This document shows, piece after piece, positions 36,030 to 43,414 of a stretch of DNA of 64,000 nucleotides; the first letter of the stretch is position 1, and each line of letters opens with the position of its first letter. The stretch lies in the IMG/VR virus record IMGVR_UViG_3300013289_000006. One strand, written 5' to 3'. Origin of the DNA: a virus. Under the pieces are notes generated by a model. It was not told the DNA's origin. It searched no databases and saw nothing but the letters and a program-made list of their open reading frames with translations. The position numbers and the translations under genes were made by a program.

Positions 36030-37469
36030 GTGAAGGCTGAGCGCGCGGCGGCTGCGGCGCTGTACCGCAAGTTGTACGGCGAAGACCCTCCCCCACCGAA
36101 ACAGTGGGAGATCGTGGTGGAGGGGCAGGACGGCAGCCAACCCCTATACACGGTTGACAAAGCGAATAAGGTCGTGCGGGTGTATTTGCACGACGGGCAG
36201 CGACGCGCTTGGGAGAGTGACAAGCGCTTCGTGTTCATGATCGCCGGGAAGCAGAGCGGCAAGACGATCTTCGGGCCGCTGTGGTTGTTCCGCGAGATTT
36301 TGCGGACGGGCAAGGGCGACTATCTGGCGATCAGCGCGACGGCGGATTTGTTCATCGCGAAGATGATGCCGGCGCTGAAGCAGTTTTTCGTGAACGATCT
36401 GGGGATCGCGCGGTACTGGGCGGGCGACCGGGTGCTGGAGCTGGCCGATCTGGAGACGGGCGCGTTCGGGGCGCTGGGGGCGAGCGACCACGAAAAGATG
36501 TGGGGACGCATCATCTTGCGGACGGCGGAGAGCGAACCGGGGATGCAGTCGTTCAGCGCGAAGGCGGCGTGGATGGACGAGCCGGGGCTTTATGCGCCGA
36601 CGGTGTGGAAGGATGTGCGCGGGCGTTTGTCGCTGGCGGCTGGCCCGGCGCTGGGGACGACGACGCCGTATGATTTGGGGTGGCTGAAGCAGGACATTTA
36701 TGACCTGTGGGAGCGGGGCGACGACGAGATCGACGTGATCAGCTTCGTGAGCACGGTCAACCCGTTTTTCAGCCAAGCGGAGTTTGACTCGCTGCGGCGG
36801 ACGATGCAGCCGTGGCAATTTGCGATGGATTACATGGCGCAGTTCGGGCGGCCTCCGGCGGTGATTTATGAGGCGCTGAGCGACAAGCTGCGGCACGAGG
36901 GCGGGCATAAGGTGGGGCGGTTCGCGCTGCCGGCAGAATGGCCACGGATGGAGGCGGTTGATCCGGGCGTGGTGAATCCGGGCAAGGGGTGGTTCGCGCA
37001 TGATCCGGTGGAAAACGTTTACTACCTGTACCGGATCGAGAAAGGCGGGAAGCGGCGGAACGCGAAGGAACACGCGGCGGATGATGTGGCGCTGGCGAAA
37101 CGGGAAGGCGAGCGCGTTATTTGGTGGGCGGTGGGGGCAAAGTCGGAGAAGTATTGGCGCGAGGATTATGAGGCGGCGGGGGCAAAACCGGCCAAAGAAC
37201 CACCGACGGCAGAGGTGGAGGAAGGGATTGACCGGGTTGACCAGCTCATCCGCGAGCACCGGCTGTACATCTTCGACGATCTGCATGATTGGTGGGACGA
37301 GGCGCTGCGGTACGCGCGGGAGATCAAAAACGGCGAGGCGACCAAGAACATCAAGGACAAGGCGACCTTCCACCTGATGGACATGACACGGTATTTCGCG
37401 GTGCAGGTGGTGAAGGCGCGGGCGGATTATCAAGTGAGCGTGACGGGCAAGTCGTATATTGGCAGGTGA
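36030..37469 (+). CDS. terL: Terminase large subunit
   Basis: LHDGQ Q-motif, AGKQSGKT Walker A, AWMDE Walker B, GTTTP, AVDPG nuclease, HLMDMTRY. Confidence 0.93.
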   Translation: MKAERAAAAALYRKLYGEDPPPPKQWEIVVEGQDGSQPLYTVDKANKVVRVYLHDGQRRAWESDKRFVFMIAGKQSGKTIFGPLWLFREILRTGKGDYLAISATADLFIAKMMPALKQFFVNDLGIARYWAGDRVLELADLETGAFGALGASDHEKMWGRIILRTAESEPGMQSFSAKAAWMDEPGLYAPTVWKDVRGRLSLAAGPALGTTTPYDLGWLKQDIYDLWERGDDEIDVISFVSTVNPFFSQAEFDSLRRTMQPWQFAMDYMAQFGRPPAVIYEALSDKLRHEGGHKVGRFALPAEWPRMEAVDPGVVNPGKGWFAHDPVENVYYLYRIEKGGKRRNAKEHAADDVALAKREGERVIWWAVGAKSEKYWREDYEAAGAKPAKEPPTAEVEEGIDRVDQLIREHRLYIFDDLHDWWDEALRYAREIKNGEATKNIKDKATFHLMDMTRYFAVQVVKARADYQVSVTGKSYIGR

Positions 37470-37471
37470 TT

Positions 37472-38959
37472 ATGTCAAACGTATTGACGGGGATCGCAGA
37501 ACGGTTCCGGGCTGAGGGGTTGGTGAGCGAGGATTGGCAGGAGGAGATGCGCTTGAGCGGGCAGCTTGTGGAGCTGTACCGCAATTATTACGGCGGCTCG
37601 CACCGGCTGACGCTGACGGCGGCGCAGAAGAACATGATGAACATCAAGGACGATGTGCTCGACCGCTACAACGCCAACTACTGCGGGATGGTGGTGGATG
37701 CGATGGCAGACCGGCTGAACGTTGACCGGATCAACGCGGGGGATGAGGCGTCGCAGGGGTGGATCGACGAGCTGCTGAAGGTGAACCGCTTCGATGGGTT
37801 GCAGATCGATGTGCACACGGCGGCGCTGCGGGACGGCGAGACGTTCGTGATGGCGGAATACAGCGACGTGCTGAAGCAGGTGAAGCTGGCGCATGAGCTG
37901 GCGTGGGACGGGTACACGGGCGTGCTGGTGGTGTATGACCGGAGCGGGGAGAACATTGTCGCCGCGGCGAAGGTGTTTTATGAGGGCGACGACACCCGCG
38001 TGAATCTTTATTATCAGAACCGGTTGGAGCGGTACATCGCGCCGGACGACGGGGCGCTGAGCCTGATGACCGAGGCGGAGGACATCACGCGCAATGGTGC
38101 AGCGCCGGGTGTGCCGGTGGTGCGGTTCGCGCGGAAGAAGGATGTGACGAGCGAGCTGAACGACGCGATCCCGCTGCAAGACTCGCTGAACCGGACGCTG
38201 ATCAGCATGGTGATGACGGGCGAGCTGACGGCGTTCTCGATCCTCTTTTCACGCGGGTGGGAAGCGCCGAACGGGATCACGCCGGGGATGGTGATGACGG
38301 CGATGATCAAAAACAAGGACGGCAGCCCGATGATCCCGACGGACAAGGACGAGGCGGCGGCGCTTTCGACGATGCTGAACGCGTTCGACCTCAAGCGGAT
38401 CGAGGCGGGGAATGTGGAACAGCTCATCAAGCAAGCGGAATGGCTGATCAACCAGATCGGGACGGTGACGAGCACGCCGGTGCCGGGGATGATGGGCGGC
38501 GACAGCTCCAGCGGCGAGGCGTTGAAGCAGCGGGATGTGCGGCTGGTGGGCAAGTGCCAATCGGCGCAGGTGAGCTTCGGCAACAGCTACGAGGATCTGA
38601 TGCGGCTGGCGGCGCTGATGCAAACGCTGTACGGGACGGCTAACCCTCCCCCACTGGACAGCATCAACACGCAGTGGAAGAGCGCGCAGGTGCGGAACGA
38701 CGCGGATATTCTGGCGGCGGCGGTGCAGCTCCAGAAGTGGGGGTATGACCGGGCGGCGCTGCGGCTGCTGAGCCAATCGACGATGGCGAATTGGACGGAG
38801 GACGAGATCGAGCAGATGGTGGCGGAAAAGCGGGAGGATACGCAGGCCACGATGATGCTGCTGCCGAACTTCGAGAATTTTATGGCGAATGATGGACAGG
38901 GGGCGGGGAATGGGAACGGACAGAATCAGACCGAACGACGGCTACCCAACGCACTTTGA
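37472..38959 (+). CDS. Portal protein (SPP1 gp6-like)
   Basis: YRNYYGG.H, NYCGMVVDAMADRL, PVVRF, SELNDAIPLQDSLN, SSGEALK. Confidence 0.9.
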   Translation: MSNVLTGIAERFRAEGLVSEDWQEEMRLSGQLVELYRNYYGGSHRLTLTAAQKNMMNIKDDVLDRYNANYCGMVVDAMADRLNVDRINAGDEASQGWIDELLKVNRFDGLQIDVHTAALRDGETFVMAEYSDVLKQVKLAHELAWDGYTGVLVVYDRSGENIVAAAKVFYEGDDTRVNLYYQNRLERYIAPDDGALSLMTEAEDITRNGAAPGVPVVRFARKKDVTSELNDAIPLQDSLNRTLISMVMTGELTAFSILFSRGWEAPNGITPGMVMTAMIKNKDGSPMIPTDKDEAAALSTMLNAFDLKRIEAGNVEQLIKQAEWLINQIGTVTSTPVPGMMGGDSSSGEALKQRDVRLVGKCQSAQVSFGNSYEDLMRLAALMQTLYGTANPPPLDSINTQWKSAQVRNDADILAAAVQLQKWGYDRAALRLLSQSTMANWTEDEIEQMVAEKREDTQATMMLLPNFENFMANDGQGAGNGNGQNQTERRLPNAL

Positions 38960-39103
38960 CGCTGGAACTCATTGGGCAATGGCGGCAGCACCGGCAGCGG
39001 GAAAACGCCGGACATGGAGACGTTTCTGGCGGTCTGCGGGCGTTGCCAGTTGAAGCCGGAACACTATTTCTATAAGCAAGTTTGGGAGTTAAAGGAAGGG
39101 TAG
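38956..39103 (+). pseudogene. Possible remnant of an XRE HTH gene
   Basis: SGKTPDMETFLAVCGRCQLKPEHYF resembles an XRE C-terminal half; no in-frame N-terminus. Confidence 0.25.
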
Positions 39104-39105
39104 AA

Positions 39106-39471
39106 ATGGAAGGCCAAAGTTTTAGTGAAAAGTATGTACTGGATGTCGCAGAGGGCAAAGAAAACCCTTTTTATACCTTTGAGGCTTTGCAGGAGAACCT
39201 GCAAGCAATTTGGGGGGTATTAGCTAAGGCGGGTGAAAATGTTTGGGATGATAGCGAAGGTTATTTACAGCGACCTAAAGGGGAAGTGGGATCACTCATT
39301 TATCATTTATCTGCTGTTGACAATTACGCATCTCGTTTATTTAGTGGCTTTGCCGCTTTGGAGCCTGACGTATACGCCGCATCCGAAGGGGAAGAAGAAG
39401 CGTTTGAACGGATGCAAAAGCGTCTGCACATACTTGCTAAACGTCATGCCAGAGAATGGGAAAGTATGTAG
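39106..39471 (+). CDS. Hypothetical protein (low GC insert)
   Basis: AAGGAAGG upstream; AT-rich codons. Confidence 0.6.
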   Translation: MEGQSFSEKYVLDVAEGKENPFYTFEALQENLQAIWGVLAKAGENVWDDSEGYLQRPKGEVGSLIYHLSAVDNYASRLFSGFAALEPDVYAASEGEEEAFERMQKRLHILAKRHAREWESM

Positions 39472-39481
39472 GAGGAAACAC

Positions 39482-39658
39482 ATGAGTGAGCGAAGCGAGA
39501 AACCTATCCGCATCAATGGCATAGAAGGTATTAAGGAGTTCCCCAACCTCTTTGATGCTATTCAGTACCAGAAAACAACTGCGATGGGACGGTACTGGAT
39601 TAAAACGCCTAAGATCGTGCTTTATGCTCCAATCCTGAGTTGTAAAAAGTCAAAGTAA
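39482..39658 (+). CDS. Small hypothetical protein (low GC)
   Basis: AGGAGG RBS, 58 aa. Confidence 0.45.
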   Translation: MSERSEKPIRINGIEGIKEFPNLFDAIQYQKTTAMGRYWIKTPKIVLYAPILSCKKSK

Positions 39659-39889
39659 AATACCATGACCGACACCGACAACGCGCCAGTCGGGGCGACA
39701 CGCAGCAGGAAGCGAGGTGATGCTGAACTTGGAAGCGGAATACGCATGGCCTGCACCCCTGCAACCACTGGTGAACGAATACCACATTGAGCAGCTTCGC
39801 CGCTGCCGGACTGAGTTGGAAGCCTGTCGGGAAGATGTGGTGAAGTATTAGGTTCGCTTCTGATAAATCCAATTCTGTGCGTTAGTGGC

Positions 39890-40146
39890 CATGCGGCTGG
39901 ATAGAGTGGTTTTCACCAGTGAGGCTTGAAATCTTTACTGGGAGCTAGGGAAGCGAGGAAGTCGCGAGTAGGTAGTACAAAGACCTTATCAGCGCGTCCG
40001 GGGCGCGAACTCGTGATGGAGCGGAAGCGATGAGGTGGTTCGCGGAAAGCTCACCGGCGAATCTGAGCCGCAAGGCGAGAAGAAGAGGGGCGGAGCGGGC
40101 ATTACCTTAATGAGCTAGCAGCCGTCGCAGCTAGTCGCCTCATTTA
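39890..40146 (+). ncRNA. Candidate structured non-coding RNA upstream of tRNAs
   Basis: No ORF of 60 aa or more; nested helices (CCAGTGAGG/TCTTTACTGG, TCGCGAGT/ACTCGTGA, GCC-GCAA-GGC, AATGAG/CTCATT). Confidence 0.4.
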
Positions 40147-40151
40147 ACAAC

Positions 40152-40232
40152 AGGGTGATGGTGAAATGGCAGCCACGGGAGCCTTAAAGCCTTCTGTCGC
40201 AAGACGTGCGGGTTCAAGTCCCGCTCACCCTA
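40152..40232 (+). tRNA. tRNA-Leu (TAA)
   Basis: AGGGTGA/TCACCCT acceptor, loop CTTAAAG, long variable arm GTC-GCAA-GAC, GCGGG-TTCAAGT-CCCGC; C31:C39 mismatch; no encoded CCA. Confidence 0.85.
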
Positions 40233-40251
40233 TTCAGGCAGTATCAGACGA

Positions 40252-40325
40252 TGCGGGGTAGAGGAGTGGTCGTCCTCGTCAGGCTCATAACCTGAAGACC
40301 GATGGTTCAAATCCATCCTCCGCAA
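40252..40325 (+). tRNA. tRNA-Met (CAT), initiator-like
   Basis: TGCGGGG/CTCCGCA acceptor, TCAGG-CTCATAA-CCTGA, GATGG-TTCAAAT-CCATC. Confidence 0.92.
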
Positions 40326-40355
40326 CTATAAACTTTTTTAATGATGGCAGTGTGG

Positions 40356-40384
40356 AAAGAGTCGGACGCCCGGCTCTTTTCATT
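40356..40384. terminator. Bidirectional terminator between tRNAs and the minus-strand head genes
   Basis: AAAGAGTCGG-ACGC-CCGGCTCTTTT. Confidence 0.7.
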
Positions 40385-40441
40385 TCTCGACAAAAAACAC
40401 TCGAAAATTATTCCAAAAAAGCGAATGAAAATATGCAGCGG

Positions 40442-41503
40442 TTAGTCACCGGCGTGGGCGAGCGCACCGGCGAGCGAGGCTTCGCGCAGCATGGGGCCAA
40501 AGGTGGGATCGTCGTAGCGGTGGATGAAATCGCGAAGCTGGACTTGGCCGCTGCGGTAGGCTTCGAGCTTGCCGGGGGAGTTGGCGAAGCTGGCCTGCTG
40601 CGCCTGACGTTCGGGAGAGAGGGCGGCGAACCACTGCGGGCCGGGGATGATGTTGACGGCGCGACCGGTGACGACAATGATGCTGGTGCAGCGGCCAGAG
40701 TGATGATCGTTGACGCGGGGGACGGGGGCGTTGACATCGCGCGACGAGTCCCAAATGACCATGCCATGCTGGGCGACGCAGGAGAGGCAGGTGCGCAGAT
40801 CGAGGGCGGCGATGCGAATGACCTGCTGGGCGATGGCGAGGTTGGCCTGCTGGTGGATGGCGGCGGAGTCGCGGTAGGAGGTGAGGTTGAGGGTGCGCAT
40901 GAGGTTGTTGGCCTGATGCGCGGGGATGGATTCGGTCATGCTGCGAATCTCGCGGGCGGTGCGGAGCGATCCCCAGCCGGCGATGCTGCCGCGGATGGCC
41001 TGATTGTTGACGATGTTGAGCACGTCGGGGCCGTACTGGCGAAGCTGGGCAGCCCACGCGGGGGACTGGGCATAGGTGACGAGGCGGGCGACGCGCTCCG
41101 GATCGGGCACGTTCCAGCGCATTCCGATGGCGCGAAGCTGGGCGTTGGTCATGCCGGGGAGAGCGAGCTGGCGCTGGATGGTGGCGGCGGCGCTGGAGGC
41201 GGCGGCTTGGAGCGGCTCGCTGGCGTCGTTGATGCGGGCGGCATCGCGGCGTAGGGTGGTTTCGAGATCGGCGAGTAAGGCGCGGAGCACGGGGTTGTCG
41301 GGCGTGAGGCGCTCGCCCAGCTCGTCCAAGCGCTGCGCTTCGGCGTCCAGCTCGTCCAAGCGGCGCTGGATGAGGCCGGAGGTGACGGAGGCGGCGATGG
41401 CGTCGATGACCGGCTGCGCGATCTGGTTATAGCCCTTGTCGAGCAGCCGGTTGACGAGATCGGTGACCGTGCCGGGGCGCGGGTTTTGACGATTGGCAAC
41501 CAT
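40442..41503 (-). CDS. Minor head morphogenesis protein (Mu gpF / SPP1 gp7 family)
   Basis: LMRT...SYR, AALDLRTCLSCVAQHG, DHHSGRCTSI. Confidence 0.85.
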   Translation of the reverse strand: MVANRQNPRPGTVTDLVNRLLDKGYNQIAQPVIDAIAASVTSGLIQRRLDELDAEAQRLDELGERLTPDNPVLRALLADLETTLRRDAARINDASEPLQAAASSAAATIQRQLALPGMTNAQLRAIGMRWNVPDPERVARLVTYAQSPAWAAQLRQYGPDVLNIVNNQAIRGSIAGWGSLRTAREIRSMTESIPAHQANNLMRTLNLTSYRDSAAIHQQANLAIAQQVIRIAALDLRTCLSCVAQHGMVIWDSSRDVNAPVPRVNDHHSGRCTSIIVVTGRAVNIIPGPQWFAALSPERQAQQASFANSPGKLEAYRSGQVQLRDFIHRYDDPTFGPMLREASLAGALAHAGD

Positions 41504-41985
41504 TAGGCGTGTGCAGCGGTGCCCTTTTTGGCGATGAGTTCGACGACGGCGGTACCGTTGCCCACGAAGAGCACGACGACAAAATCACCTTGGGCGAGAT
41601 CGGCCTCCGGCGCGATGCCCCCGGCGGTGGTGGAGAGGACGTAGATGGTGCCGGCAACGGTGGTAAATCCGACATTGAGCACGGCACCGGGCGGGGCGAT
41701 GAGCATGTCACGGCCATCCTGCCCGTCGCTGATGGCGATGCCGGCGACTTCGCTGGCGGTATCGGTATCGGCGTCGGCCAGTTCGTGCTCGTTGGTGGCG
41801 GTGTTTTTGTAGACCACCTGCCCGGCGGTGATGGCTGCACCCCCGCGAACGGTGCGCGGACGGACGCCGCGAACCCACGCGACCTGTGTGGCGGTGATGG
41901 TGGCATCGACGTGCCAGCGGCGGACGCGGGCGAGATTAACCGGTGCTTCGGAACGCTGCCGGCGAGCGGCTGTCAATTTGATCAT
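41503..41985 (-). CDS. Capsid cement/decoration-like protein with shared N-terminal leader
   Basis: AAITAGQVVYK...LADAD...VAGIAI...GTIYVLSTTAGGI; AGGAG RBS. Confidence 0.7.
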   Translation of the reverse strand: MIKLTAARRQRSEAPVNLARVRRWHVDATITATQVAWVRGVRPRTVRGGAAITAGQVVYKNTATNEHELADADTDTASEVAGIAISDGQDGRDMLIAPPGAVLNVGFTTVAGTIYVLSTTAGGIAPEADLAQGDFVVVLFVGNGTAVVELIAKKGTAAHA

Positions 41986-42076
41986 GATGAGTCTCCTGCT
42001 GATTTACGATTGCGCTGAGGCAAGCGTAAGGTTTGGGCGCGCCGGTCAACGCACAGAATACATCTTATCGGAAGCG

Positions 42077-42105
42077 ATCCCTCGCCGCGGCGGGGGATTT
42101 TGTTG
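42077..42105 (+). terminator. Stem-loop in the divergent head intergenic region
   Basis: ATCCCTCGCC-GC-GGCGGGGGAT then TTTGTT. Confidence 0.5.
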
Positions 42106-42237
42106 TGCGTTATAGGGCGGGGGTGAGCGAAATACTGAGCATGACTATCAGGCGCACTGATGGAGGGCCGGGACGCTGGCTGCCGGAGGTGCGCCACAAG
42201 ACGCAGGTGGCGCGATGCCATAGAGGAGACAGGCGCG

Positions 42238-42978
42238 ATGCCTTTGACACATTTGACCCAAACGACAATTCGCAGCGCACGACGGAACGGCAGTGAGGCG
42301 ACGGTTGATCTGCGGCGGCGGCGGACATGGCGCGGCGAGGGCGAGGGCGGCGGTGATGCTGGCGGCGAGCGCCAGAACGGTGGCGAGCAGCAAGGCGACG
42401 ACAGCGGCAAGTACAACCCGAAGGATTTGGACGAGGCCAAGCGAATCATCGAAGCGCTGAACAAGCGCGTGGGTGAACGTGACACGGCCATCGGACAGCT
42501 CAAGAACCAGAGCGCGACCTTGAACGAACGGTTAGCCGCGATTGAACGGGCGCAGCGGGAGAAGCTCGAAAAAGAAGGCGACTACCGCTCCATCGCAGAA
42601 CAACGGGCGGCAGAGCTGGCGGCGCTGGCTCCGGTGAAGGAGCGGGCGGAGGCGCTGGAGAAGGTGATCCGCGAGAGCAATGAGGCGCGGATCGGGAAGC
42701 TGCCGGAAGAGGCGCGGACGCTGGTACCGGTGGATTATGCACCGGAGAAGCTGCAAGCGTGGCTGAACGCCAACGAAGGGCATTTAACAAAACCCCCTGC
42801 CCCCCAATTCGACGCCGGGGCGGGCAGCGGTAAAGGCGGCAAGGGTGGCGAGGTGAAGGTGACGGACGCAGACCGGCGCGCCGCAGAGGTGGCCAGCGCG
42901 GCTGGGTACATTGTCAAGGCGGAGGAGATCGCCAAGCGCCGCGAATCGAAAACGACTATTCAGCGAGGTGACGAATAA
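42238..42978 (+). CDS. Head scaffold protein
   Basis: ATG 42238 with GAGGAG RBS; Gly-rich linker, long coiled coil, Gly/Pro linker, basic helical C-terminus; upstream of capsid genes. Confidence 0.82.
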   Translation: MPLTHLTQTTIRSARRNGSEATVDLRRRRTWRGEGEGGGDAGGERQNGGEQQGDDSGKYNPKDLDEAKRIIEALNKRVGERDTAIGQLKNQSATLNERLAAIERAQREKLEKEGDYRSIAEQRAAELAALAPVKERAEALEKVIRESNEARIGKLPEEARTLVPVDYAPEKLQAWLNANEGHLTKPPAPQFDAGAGSGKGGKGGEVKVTDADRRAAEVASAAGYIVKAEEIAKRRESKTTIQRGDE

Positions 42979-43382
42979 TGGCAGGATTTCGATGGGTTGG
43001 TTCCATAGACGGGAGCCAGCCGATTATCAAGGACATCGTCGTGCAGGCATCGGAAGTGTTGAGCAGCGGCGAGATGGTCAATCTGGAGTCGGGCGAGGCC
43101 GATGGCGGCGCGACCAACGACAGCGCGTTTTTGGGCATTGCGACCCACGACGTGGACAACACGGTTGATGGTCACGTGGTGAGCGTGATTTGCAACCCCG
43201 GCGCGATCTACGAAGTGTATGACCCGAATGTGCGCACGATTGGCGATCTGCTCGATCTGGCGACGGGCGGGATGGGCTTGGCCGCGGCCAGCAACAACGA
43301 CTTCCGCGTTTGGAAGAGCAGCGCGGCTGACGAACCGACGCAGGTCATTTTTAACGGTAACCACGCATTCGGCTGGGCGTAA
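42978..43382 (+). CDS. Capsid decoration protein (copy 2)
   Basis: Same as 239..643. Confidence 0.55.
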   Translation: MAGFRWVGSIDGSQPIIKDIVVQASEVLSSGEMVNLESGEADGGATNDSAFLGIATHDVDNTVDGHVVSVICNPGAIYEVYDPNVRTIGDLLDLATGGMGLAAASNNDFRVWKSSAADEPTQVIFNGNHAFGWA

Positions 43383-43414
43383 GCCGTAGCGCAGCAAACA
43401 AGAGGCACAAGACG

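Larger units (their letters stand above)
1..42739. mobile_element. Complete temperate tailed phage genome, one unit length (circularly permuted)
   Basis: Full set of head, tail, lysis, integration, partition and replication genes; sequence at 42740 restarts as position 1 (caccggagaagctg); attP-like site is intact. Confidence 0.95.

Noticed and set aside
37289..37471. N-terminal extensions in the ORF track (portal from 37289, tail tube from 8684, fibre from 12917, scaffold from 42160)
   Set aside because: They overlap upstream genes or lack an RBS; downstream ATGs with coupling or RBS fit better
39890..40146. RNase P RNA, tmRNA or tRNA-Ser(TGA)
   Set aside because: GAGGAAGTC and CTTGAAA are suggestive, but the RNase P 3' conserved region, tmRNA ends and a T arm are missing
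39856..42075. Actively invertible segment bounded by oppositely oriented motif copies
   Set aside because: The motif occurs genome-wide in both orientations, the enclosed tRNAs are on the plus strand, and the minus-strand genes already match the genome-wide skew
1..42739. Alternative genetic code or stop-codon reassignment
   Set aside because: Core genes are full length in the standard code, all three stops are used, and no suppressor tRNA is present (the Leu anticodon is TAA, not TTA)
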